Part shown: positions 48,313 to 64,000 of the stretch, piece by piece
Numbering within the stretch: position 1 is the stretch's first letter
Layout: each line of letters starts with the position of its first letter
Assembly: GCF_036321535.1 (NCBI RefSeq)
Contig: NC_087447.1
Span: 6,262,001-6,326,000 of the forward strand
Length of the DNA stretch: 64,000 nt
Direction: 5' to 3'
Source: Camelus dromedarius
Taxonomy: Eukaryota
Made by a program: the position numbers and the translations under genes
Notes under the pieces: model-generated
What the model saw: the letters and a program-made list of their open reading frames with translations, nothing else
The model's database searches: none
Told to the model about the DNA's origin: nothing

Positions 48313-49984
48313 ATTTGAGACCTGAGACCCTTGTCAGTCACTGCCCCAGGCTGCTTGGGGAGCGGGGCAGGGTGGTGTTTCTGGAGCTGGCAGATGGATG
48401 CAGTCAAGGCTGACCTCACATCTGCCACCACCTGGCTGCCTGTGTCACCTTGACCTGTCCTGCTTGGGCTCAGCCAAGGAGAATAGATATCAGTTAGTGT
48501 ATGTGTGTATGCACTTGCGTGCATGTGGACTGCATAAGTGCCTTAGCATGTGATCAGAGCTCCCAAATCGCCCACCCTAGGGTTTTTAACATGTGTATTT
48601 ATTTTTGCTATTTGTCAAGTTCTTACTATACACTTTACTAAGCATAAGACATTACTTTATATCTATTCTCCAACAGCCCTGAGATGTTATCAATATACAG
48701 TTATCATTATGTCTTCATTTTACAGATGAGGCTCTGAGAGATTGTGTGCCTCATCTAGGACACACAGCTGATGAGCAGCCTAATCAGAATTCAAACTCAG
48801 AACCCAGGCTTGCGTGATTCCAGCATCTATGTTCGTTTTCAGAGTCATATTGCCTCAAAAATTTCTCTTTCGCGCGCGTACACATATACACGCTCCCATA
48901 TAGCTCTCATTCTGGTTAAACGGTTCGTTTTTTTTCTTTAGAGAATGACAAGCATTGAGTAGAATAAGGGCAAGGGAGAGGCACCAGGCTGGTAACCACC
49001 TTCTAAGTACATGTCACTTTACAGCTTACAAAGCACTTTCACATTTGTGATCTCATTGATCCCACAGAAGCCCCATGAGGTCAGCAGAAGGCTCAATTGT
49101 TCCCACTGGGATTAGGACTCAGAGGGAAGGTGACCTGCCCAGGGTAACAGAGACAGAAAATGGTAGCTCTGGGACTGGAAGCCCAGGGCCAAGCTGGTCT
49201 CTTGGCTTGAAGTCCTGAATGCATCCACAGACCCTGACCGCTGTCCCCAAGGAAGGCAGCCCAGGACCTCACCTTCCTGAAATCTTCCTTCCCTAAGGAC
49301 AAAACTGGAGCTGATCAAATGGAGATACCAAGGAAAGCAGGAGAGCCAAGATCTCTGTCTGTGGTTGTGTGACACTGGCAGCTCCTTACTCTCTCTGGGC
49401 CTCAGTTTCCTCATCTGTAGAATGGGAAGAGGCAAAGAAGAAGCTTTAGGGTGGTCCTCTCAGCACTGACATTCTGCATATGTGAAAAAGTATCTGTGAG
49501 GCCTTTGAAAATCTTGGCCTGAGCTTGGGCTTGGCGCTCCCATAGCCCTGATTTGGCAACCAGCTTCAGCCACTCGCTTAGTGATCTTAGGCACTTCATT
49601 TCAACATCTCTCAGCCTCAGTTTCCCCATCAGTAAAATGGGGATGATAATGGCACCTACCTCCCAGGGTTGTTGATCTTTGGTTGTTGACATTTGGCCCT
49701 GACCTCACATTCACACAGACTTCTGACATAATCTACAAACAAGGCTGATGACCACAAAGCCCCGGAAGAGCAGCTATAGTCTTTAAAGAAGATGGCATTT
49801 ATCAGACCATGGGACAACTGTGTCCCAGTCCAGGCTCTCACAGCTTATAGGGGTTCTGAATTGAAACTTATCATAGCTCCTAAAATTATCCCATGAGTAG
49901 TGCAATTATACTGCATTGTATGTGCAGATAGTTCAAAGCATTAACTTGTCATCGTAAGCATTTAAACTTTACACTAAAATATTC

Positions 49985-50165
49985 AAAAATAGATAAACAA
50001 CAAGTTTATACTGTATAGCACAGGGAACTATATTCAATATCTTATAGTAACTTATGATGAAAAAGAATATGAAAACGAATATATGTTCCTATAAGACTAA
50101 AGTATTGTGCTGTACACCAGAAATTGACGCAATATTGTAAACTGACTATACTTCAATAAAAACAT
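49985..50165 (+). mobile_element. Artiodactyl-type L1 3' end
   Basis: 'tatagcacagggaactatattcaatatcttatagtaac...gctgtacaccagaaattgacgcaatattgtaaactgactatacttcaataaa'. Confidence 0.75.
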
Positions 50166-50551
50166 TCTAAAAATTAAAATATATATATATACACACTGTT
50201 TTTGTAACCCTGGTTTGTCATTTATTCACTTTTTAGTATACCTGAACCTTACAACAATGCCTGAGGAAGGGCCTTACACGGCGACTTGGATGGCAGTAGC
50301 ATGGGTCCCGGCATGAAATAAGTACCCATTTGATAACAATATATTATCATCAGTCACATTTATAATCCACTTTACAGTTTCCAGATCCCTTTCACATTCT
50401 TCATTCCAGCCTCCCACGTGTGGCAAGGTCACTATGTGATTATTTCGTCCCATTTTATGGATGCAAACACTGAGGCCAGACCAGGCAGTGAGTGGGCTCC
50501 CGAGAGCGCGGGCGGCCGGGTATCAGTCAGAGCTCCGGGACTGAGCCCGAC

Positions 50552-50913
50552 GGGGCGGGGCGGGGCGGGGCGCCCGGCGGCTCACAGGTGCGTAAAGCCG
50601 CCGGGGAATCCTTCGCTCCACCTGGGTGCGGCGAGGAAATTGCACCATGTATGGGCAGCTACGTCAGAGGGGGCGGATCTGTCGCCGGGGGACGCCAAGT
50701 CCGCCCCTTTTCCCCACCAAAAGGCGGCTACGGGACTATAGGAGGCAACGAAAAGTTCGGGGCGTTCTAGCAAAAGGCAGCGCGTCTGGAGAGGTGGAGC
50801 CCCGAGGTGACCAGCGCCGCTGAGAAACGCGCCCCCCTCCTCCGTGGAAGTGGTTCAGCCCGCGGACTTTTCATTCATAAAAAGAAAAGAATCCGCGAGG
50901 AGCGAGTGAGTCA
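50552..50913 (+). promoter_or_regulatory. FOSL1 proximal promoter with a TCF/SRE/ATF module
   Basis: (GGGGC)4 at 50552-50570, ETS core AGGAAAT at 50634-50640, CArG-like CCATGTATGG at 50645-50654, ATF/CRE-like CTACGTCA at 50659-50666, a GC box, TATA-like CATAAAAAG at 50876-50884 and TGAGTCA at 50907-50913. The arrangement matches the described serum-responsive FOSL1 promoter. Confidence 0.85.
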
Positions 50914-50960
50914 GAACCGAAGCCGCCGACGCGGACCCCACAGAGCAGCCAGCCCAGGGC

Positions 50961-55962
<5,002 letters not shown>

Positions 55963-56173
55963 AGCACTCCAGCCCCCCTCCCTGCAGGTGCCACCCTAAC
56001 CAACATCTCCCCACCCATTGGTCCAGCTGGTCTGGATCATATCCCATGTTCAACCCCAGCAGCTTCTTCTTCTTCCTTCCAGATGAGACTGAGCTTATTT
56101 TGCTTCCTGGTAGAGCTAGCTTGGGGGCCAACAAAGCTGCCCACTGTTTCTCTAGAGCCGGACTCTAGCACAA

Positions 56174-56608
56174 TTTGCACTAGAACAGAGACAAAATATT
56201 TCCCATTTGTGCAAGAAAACTCCTGGCAGCTCCCAAGGGACTTTATAGATTCCCCAGAAGTCCTTTGGAGCCCTAACTCCCTGCAGACCATCCCTATAGT
56301 CTTCATCACCCTCTTCCTGTGATCCACCCAACCCTATCCCTGATAGAAGGTGATACTCTACCAGCCTAGAACACTAACTCACCCAGCCCCACTGCCAGCG
56401 GCACCAGGTTATTGAACCAGGACACTCTGCCAGCCCCTCTTAAATGAAACAGCTCAGGAGAGTGCCAGAGGCTTCTGTGATGAGCTGACTTGCAGCCCCC
56501 AGCTCTGAGAAGACTTTAGCTCCAAGGAATCCAAGCCTCCACAGCGAAGGCAGCTATTTATTTTCCTAAAGATCGTATTTTTATACAAACCTGCCAAAAT
56601 GGAATAAA
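56174..56608 (+). promoter_or_regulatory. FOSL1 3'UTR elements: miRNA seed sites, ARE and poly(A) signal
   Basis: TTTGCAC at 56174-56180 (miR-19 7mer), TTGCACTA at 56175-56182 (miR-130/301 8mer), CACTGCCA at 56390-56397 (miR-34/449 8mer), TATTTATT at ~56555 and AATAAA at 56603-56608. Confidence 0.65.
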
Positions 56609-57239
56609 AGGCTTGAAGTTCTGGCTTGCTTTCATTGGACCGAGAGGATAAAGGGAGAACATTTGGAGCCAGAAGCCGTCTCAGCTCCACCAACTCACTA
56701 TGCAACCTTGGACAATTTATCTGATATTTCTGGACCTCGACTTTCTCATCTGACAAATGAGGCTACATCTGTTCCGCCTCATCTCCAGGATTGAGAGGAG
56801 GAAGAGAAGTGCCTTGGGGTGCCAAATCAAGAGGATTATCATCCTCCTCCTGGTGGGGGCCCACAGTGCTCCCGCGTGTGCCACAGAGGGCGCTGTTATG
56901 GCCCCTTCTAGCCTCAAGGGAGGCAGCTGAGTGGGTTTTAGGCCCCCAACACCTGCTTCCTGCCCCATTGTCTTGGACAGGAAGGAGCCGGGAAGGGAGC
57001 TGGAGCCACTTCTGGGGCCGGATCACGGCCTGTCCTGGGGCCAGCCAGATAGGGGGGCCCAGGGGCTAACAATGGTCCCATATCCCGCCCCAGGATTGAA
57101 GTAATGGGGGTCATCCATCTTAGTTCTGCAGTCCCTCCTTATGGGAATGATACTCTGTCTCAACGTCCCCACCCCCGTCTCAACGCCGGCAAGTCCCAAA
57201 CAGACGCTGCCCGGGCCACGGGCTCTGCTTCCGTCTCAG

Positions 57240-57245
57240 TTTATT
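57240..57245 (-). terminator. CCDC85B poly(A) signal AATAAA
   Basis: tttatt on +, about 220 nt after the stop codon. Confidence 0.75.
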
Positions 57246-57462
57246 AGCCCCCACCCAGCCCCCAGCAAGTCCCTCCGCTCCAGCCTCCAATCCCCCTGCT
57301 GCCCCGCCAGCGAGAGCCAGGGGCCCTCCTCAGTTTTAGGGTTTCTAAGTCCATGCCAGCGGCCCCTCGTGCACAAACGGGGCGGCGTCCAGATCCCGAG
57401 GTTCGCCGCAGTCTCGGCGCTTGGGAAGCAATCTGAGCGGACGTCGGCGCGAAGCTGTGCCC

Positions 57463-58062
<600 letters not shown>

Positions 58063-58189
58063 GGCTGCTCAGGCCTCTGGAGCATCGCCTGCCCGCTGCC
58101 GCGGCCCAGGAGCCCCACGACGAGCTCCGCGCCGCTTGGGCTCGGGAACCCGGTCCGCGGACAGTCTGTGGTGGAGCTAGCGTAGGCTA

Positions 58190-58300
58190 GCTCCGCGCGG
58201 GGGTGGGCACGCGGCGGTGCGCGCGCCGGGGCGGGGCCGCATGACGTTAAGGAAGGACAGCCAATCCTGGCAAGCCTCCTAGGAAAGGGGCGTGGCCTGA
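58190..58300 (-). promoter_or_regulatory. CCDC85B CpG-island promoter
   Basis: GC boxes (ggggcggggc at ~58228 and ggggcgtggc at ~58287), CRE half-site TGACG at ~58241 and CCAAT at 58261. Confidence 0.65.
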
Positions 58301-59149
58301 GCACCCAGAGAGAGACTGTTCCCTGCGCATTCTGGACAGCGGAGTCTGGTACCGGCATCACCGACCAACGTGCCAGTCAACCCCAAACCTCCTCAAGCTC
58401 GAGGATAGACCTCTCGACTCCTTCTGGGAGCCAAGACTCGGGTGTCGGCCCCCGACTCTCCTGCCCACCCTACCGACGGAACTCAGCCGGATCGCCTTTT
58501 CTTCCTTCCTAGCTCAGCTCGAACTCGAGAATCTCCGATAACTGAGCATCTCCCCCAGTCCTCGGTACCCTAAGTCCCAACATACTGGCTCACCGTTAGC
58601 GTACCCTCCCTCTCACGGAGCGTTTGCTGCCCGGTGGGAGGGGCATACAAGGGATTCGTTTGTTAAGTAAACCTTTATTGTGTGTAAGGCCCATGCAGAA
58701 ATAAACTCTGATCAAGATCCTTGCACTTTCCTCAGAGAAGTCGTAAACAAGGCAGAGGAAACAAGCAGTGTTAAACAGGAAGCAAATGGAGGAAGAACTC
58801 ATTCTGACGGACCGCCCCCCGCCCGTGAAAAGTTTCCCCAAAGAGGTGATATCTGAGGGGCCCTGAAAAATGTATAAAACTTTGGCAAGTAATGAGAGAG
58901 CTATTTCAGAAAGAGGAAAGAGCATGATGAAAGTCGCTGGGGTCTGAAAGGGCCTAGCTGCTTTCTGAAGAGTGAGAGTATCTTGATTTTGCTTTGAAAG
59001 CAGGTGCATAGAGAAAGTGGTAACAGAGGGAGGGAGGCAACAAAGGTAGTCAGAAGCCAGATTCTAAAGGGCTTTCAAAACCAGGCTGGAGCATTTACAC
59101 AGGCCAGTAAGGATTTAAGCAGGGGAGTAACATTTTAAAATATGCATTT

Positions 59150-59269
59150 GGGGGGTGGGGGTGTATAGCTTAGTGGTAGAGCCGGTACTTGGTGTGCACA
59201 AGATCCACAATCTCCAATGCCTCTGCAAAGGGGAAAATTTTTTTTTTAAAGAAACAAAAAATTTTTTAA
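59150..59269 (+). mobile_element. Degenerate tRNA-derived SINE (B-box region lost) with TSD
   Basis: gtgtatagcttagtggtagag head, flanked by tttaaaatatgcatt direct repeats (~59134-59148 and ~59270-59284). Confidence 0.7.
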
Positions 59270-60143
59270 TTTAAAATATGCATTAAAAAAGTTGTTTGGG
59301 CTGCTCTGTGTGGGATGGACCATAGGGAGGGGGTGTAGGCAGAGAGATTATTAAGAACACTGTGTCAATGGGCAAGGAGAGCTATGCAGAAGGACTGGGC
59401 TGGGACAGTGCCAGTAGGGGTGGAGAGGACAAAACAGACACTAGAAAAATTCAGGAGGCAAATCAGTAGAACTGAATGTGGGGAGAGAGGTGTCTGGGAG
59501 AAAGCCCAGGTTTCTGGTATGAGAACAGGGTGGATGTTGGGGCTGTTACTGAGATAAGAATGCAGGAACGAAACAGACTGGGGAGACCAACAGGTCTGTC
59601 TGGCTTTTGAGCAGCCTGTGGGGGACGGGTGGAGAGAGTCACAGACTGATAGTCCTCTGAATGAGGACTTCCAGGCAGAGGTCTAAGCTGCAGAATTAGA
59701 GAGGTCATTTGTTAGTTTGGGGGAGGAAGTGTTAAAACTATGAGAGCAGTTGACCCATGCTCAGGAGAGCGGCTCATCCACAGAATGGACTGAGGGCCTC
59801 CCAGCGAGGGACCTTGAAGACGAGTGAGACACCTTTTTTGCTGAGAAAAGATTTAGGATAGAGCCTTGTGAAGCCCCTAAATTTAGGATACAGGTCAAAG
59901 TAAGGAGGTCCCCAAAAGGGCAGAGAAAAACCAGGAGGATCTGAAGGTGGAGGCTGCTAGGGCAGGGGGTACCCGCCGGAGGCCTGGACTCTGGACGCCC
60001 TCCAGCAAACCCAGCCCGGGTTCGGGTGGGGTGGGGTGGAGACAGAGAAGCCTGTTGAGTCCCCCTCCGCTGGGAGGAGGGGCTATTCTAGCGCCTCCGC
60101 CTCTGCCTGTTTCCTCGCCCCTCCTACCCCAACGCTTTCTGTC

Positions 60144-60204
60144 CCGGAAGTGGTCCTTCTCTGGCTCCGGGTGCCCGGAGCCGAATGTCTACGCTCCCGG
60201 AAGT
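60144..60204 (+). promoter_or_regulatory. FIBP promoter with tandem ETS/GABPA sites
   Basis: CCGGAAGT at 60144-60151 and 60197-60204, within a CpG island. Confidence 0.75.
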
Positions 60205-60285
60205 GGCCCGGCGGCGGCGCGCCCGGCCCGGGCACTGCTCGCTCCTGTTGGGGCGCTGCGGCAGCGCCCGGGTTCGGGCGTCGCT

Positions 60286-63200
60286 ATGACCAGCGAGCTG
60301 GACATCTTCGTGGGGAACACGACCCTCATCGACGAGGACGTGTATCGCCTGTGGCTGGACGGTTACTCGGGTCTGTGGGGTGCCATCTGGGGGAGACAGT
60401 CGGGCAGAGCGTTGTTTTGGATGGTAGTGGTGGGCAGAGCCAGGACTAGACATCCTAGACGGCAGTGGGCAGAGGCCTGGGAGTACAGGCTACCTAGGGT
60501 CGGGGCTGAATCCCTGGAGAGCCTCTGGGGTCAGCGGGGCAGGGCCTGATGCTGGCGCTCACTCCCCAGTGAGCGACGCGGTGGCCCTGAGGGTGCGCTC
60601 GGGAATCCTGGAGCAGACCGGCGCCACAGCAGCGGTGCTGCAGAGCGACACCATGGACCACTACCGTACTTTCCACATGCTCGAGCGCCTGCTACACGCA
60701 CCGCCCAAGCTGCTGCACCAGCTCATCTTCCAGATCCCGCCCTCTCGACAGGCACTGCTTATCGAAAGGTGCTCACTTGGTGGGATGGTCGGGACGCCAA
60801 CCAGTCTGGCCATATACCCATTTTGCAGACTGAAAATGAGACCCAGGGAGGGACCGGACTTACCCAGGCCGGAAGGAACCAAATCCAGGTCCTGCCCGTC
60901 CTCCTTTCTCCTCCTTTATGGAAAATCAGCAGTGTTCTCTGACTCCTCACAGGTACTATGCCTTTGACGAGGCCTTTGTGCGGGAGGTCCTAGGCAAGAA
61001 GCTGTCCAAGGGCACCAAGAAGGATCTGGATGACATCAGCACCAAAACAGGCATCACCCTCAAGAGCTGCCGGAGACAGGTGGACACGGCATCCATCTGC
61101 AGTCTGCCCCTTCACACTATCCCTTTGGTCACTGCCCCAGCTCCAGCCTCCTCCTTCATATCCGCTCTCCTTCCTTCTCTTTTTTGCCCCTTCCAAGCCA
61201 TCCCCTACTTTTCAGTCAGAGTGAACTTTCAGAAGCCCAGATCTGACCGTAGCTTTCCTCTGCTCATAAACTTTCATTGGCTCCTACTCTCTCCTGGATA
61301 GCAGCCACGCTCCTTGGCCTTGACCTTCAGGCTCTCCTGTCATCCTGCCCCTGCCAACCTTTCTAGGCTTACATTTCCCCAGCCCCTGGCTTTCTTTTTG
61401 AGTTCCTGGGGCTTAGCCAGGAGAGTCATTTCCAGGACGAACTAGTGAAGAACCAGAGGGCATGTTGCTAAAATAGGAGTGAATTTAGAGATAAGAGTAT
61501 GTAAACATTTATCTGAGGCAAGATGATAGAAGCTAGTAAATGCTTGTTGAGTTGATAACAAGTGTTAAGTAATAGTTTGTTGAAGGAACAACAAATGTTA
61601 AGTCAGTGTATGTTGCCTGGATAGGTGATAAACTGATGTTCAATAAACAGTTCGCTGGGTGAGCAACCTCTGACCAGTCCTCCCTCCTCCCCTAACTGCC
61701 CTGCAGTTTGACAACTTTAAGCGAGTCTTCAAGGTGGTGGAGGAAATGCGGGGCTCCCTGGTCGATAACATCCAGCAACACTTCCTCCTGTCTGACCGGC
61801 TAGCCAGGTGAGGGGCCAGGCGGGGAGCCAGCTGTCTCCCCCTCCTGAACACTCCTTCCTTGCTCCTGAGGTTAGTCCACATTCCCCACAACCCACTTAA
61901 CCTCCTGGCCGCGCTGCAGGGATGGTTATCCCACTCCTGGTCTGTACTTTGGACCAGACTGGCCTGGGTTCAGATCCCAGCCTGGCCGTTCACCACCTGG
62001 GCTGTTGTGAGGTGTCAATGTAAAGGCCATGATGGCACTACCCTGCTTAGTAAGGACTCAGTAAATGGTAGCCATTACCCTGGCAGTCTCCTGTTGTGTC
62101 CTTTAGGAGACCTGGGCTGAAACCTTCTCTGCACTGATGAGGAGGCCTAGAGAGAAGGGACCTGAAACACATCACACAGTGAGTTAGGGTAGAGAGAGGC
62201 CAGAACCTGGATGCCCAGCCAATGTTGCAGGTGGGAGCTGCTTGCTAAGAAGGAATTTCAAGCCCTGATGGACCCACTCTCCTCTCCCTGTAGGGACTAT
62301 GCAGCTATCGTCTTCTTTGCCAACAATCGCTTTGAGACAGGGAAGAAAAAACTGCAGTATCTGAGCTTTGGTGACTTTGCCTTCTGTGCTGAGCTCATGA
62401 TCCAGAACTGGACTCTCGGAGCCGTGGGTGAGGCCCCCACTGACCCAGGTGCCTGGACACCCCCTCACCTTCTCAGGTCCTGGTTCCCCACCAGCAGTTT
62501 CTCCTGCAGGCCTCAGTTCCCAGCATCCTTTCTTCTTCAGGGGCCCTCCCCAGCCGCTTCTGCTCACAGTCCAGTGTTCCCACACATACCTTGTGTGCAG
62601 ACCAAGGGCCCACGGCTTCTCTATGGCTTGGGGCCAGTCACTCCGCCCCTCTACCACTTCACTTCCTTTTTTGCCTCATGGGGTGCAATGAGATGGTGGG
62701 TGAGGAAGGCTTAGGATGTCACAGGAGGGGTTTTTATCTCCTGCCCCAACTCCCTTTGTGGGCCTCACTTAGACTCTCAGGTAGACGACATGGACATGGA
62801 CTTAGACAAGGAGTTTCTCCAGGACTTGAAGGAGCTTAAGGTGCTTGTGGCTGACAAGGACCTTCTGGACCTGCATAAGAGGTGACTCTAGAGGTCCATG
62901 GGGCAGGGCCTGAAGTGGGGGCCCAGGAGGCTCTGGGCTTGACTCTGTCTCCCTACAGCCTGGTGTGCACTGCCCTCCGGGGAAAGCTTGGTGTCTTCTC
63001 TGAGATGGAAGCCAACTTCAAGGTCTGTGGCCCAAGCCAGCCTCTCTGTCCCTTGGGCATTTTCAGCCTCCAGAGCACTGTCCACCCGGGCAAGTCTGCT
63101 CATGCCTGAGACTGACCGGCAGGTGGTGCTGCTGCTCCCTCTGCCTGTCTGTGAGGGGGGAGCCACCTCTTAAACTTTGGGGAGTTATTTGATTGAGGGA

Positions 63201-63960
63201 GGTGGATAGATATGGGCTCAGCCCCCAGCCCCTGGGGCAGAAGGCAGAACTCCCAGGCTCTCTGCCCCACAGAACCTGTCCCGGGGGCTGGTGAATGTGG
63301 CCGCCAAGCTGACCCACACTAAGGATGTCAGAGACCTGTTTGTGGACCTCGTGGAGAAGGTGAGCTGTCCTGCCCACTGCCCTCTGATCCCCTTCCTGGC
63401 CTGTCCCTGGGCTGTACCAGTGCTAGATGTTACCTTTGATCCACAGTTCATAGAACCCTGCCGCTCGGACCACTGGCCGTTGAATGATGTACGGCTCTTC
63501 CTGAATCAGTATTCAGCGTCGGTTCACTCCCTGGATGGCTTCCGGTGAGAGACCCCAGGCCTCCTGTCCAGCTTGACCTCACCCCAGCCAGCCTCATGCC
63601 AGGGCCTAGCCCTCTTACAGACTCAGATGCCTGTTCTGTCACCCTGGGGGTGGAAGTCTCTGTTGACCAGGGTTCAGCTCCACCTCTTAGAAGCTGGGAC
63701 CTGACCTTGGACAGGTTCCTTAACCTGTCTGTGCCTCAGTTTCCTCATACATAAGCTGGGAGTAATAATGACAGAGATCATAAGAATATTGTGAGGAATA
63801 AACGAGTGAAGTTGTGTAGAGCACTTAGACAGTGTCATGAGATGGTGAGGAGGCAGGAAACAGCCACTACTGTTATTGTTATCATTGCAGGCACCAGGCC
63901 CTCTGGGACCGCTACATGGGCACCCTCCGTGGCTGCCTCTTGCGTCTCTATCATGACTGA
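60286..63960 (+). CDS. FIBP: Acidic FGF intracellular-binding protein, 357 aa (364 aa with the alternative donor), complete
   Basis: Exons: 60286-60370, 60570-60768, 60953-61079, 61707-61807, 62294-62427 (or -62448), 62773-62881, 62959-63022, 63273-63359, 63447-63544, 63891-63960, totalling 1074 nt. Reads [28 protein letters not shown]...GCLLRLYHD*. Confidence 0.98.
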
Positions 63961-63991
63961 GGCCCCCTCCCACCCCCCTGCCCACACTGAC

Positions 63992-63997
63992 AATAAA
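63992..63997 (+). terminator. FIBP poly(A) signal AATAAA
   Basis: About 30 nt after the TGA stop. Confidence 0.8.
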
Positions 63998-64000
63998 GTT

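Overview
Mammalian genomic DNA syntenic with human 11q13.1, shown in inverted order. The tRNA-Ala-derived SINEs and artiodactyl-type L1 3' ends point to a camelid (inference). Seven protein-coding genes were rebuilt by hand from splice sites and phases: SART1 (-, exons 1-12, remainder beyond the left edge), TSGA10IP (-, 8 exons), DRAP1 (-, 7 exons, one U12-type intron), C11orf68 (+, 2 exons, head-to-head with DRAP1), FOSL1 (+, 4 exons), CCDC85B (-, single exon with an N-gap) and FIBP (+, 10 exons, complete). The intervals ~17-34 kb and ~39.5-50 kb are rich in MIR, L2, L1, MLT1, DNA-transposon and SINE relics. There are three assembly gaps. I found no novel multi-gene system, and most listed six-frame ORFs are GC-rich shadow frames. 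The best leads are regulatory and splicing features: (i) FOSL1 intron 3 holds a promoter-like cassette (TATA, ZNF143, GC box, CCAAT) and a strong cryptic acceptor that would give a zipper-less FRA1 escaping NMD; (ii) FRA1 has lost the T230-P phosphorylation motif; (iii) at least 10 perfect AP-1 sites surround FOSL1; (iv) a TATA box sits only 34 nt before a TISU-like C11orf68 start; (v) the TSGA10IP last exon appears frameshifted; (vi) SART1 has a GC-AG intron. All comparisons to human come from memory, not from a database search.
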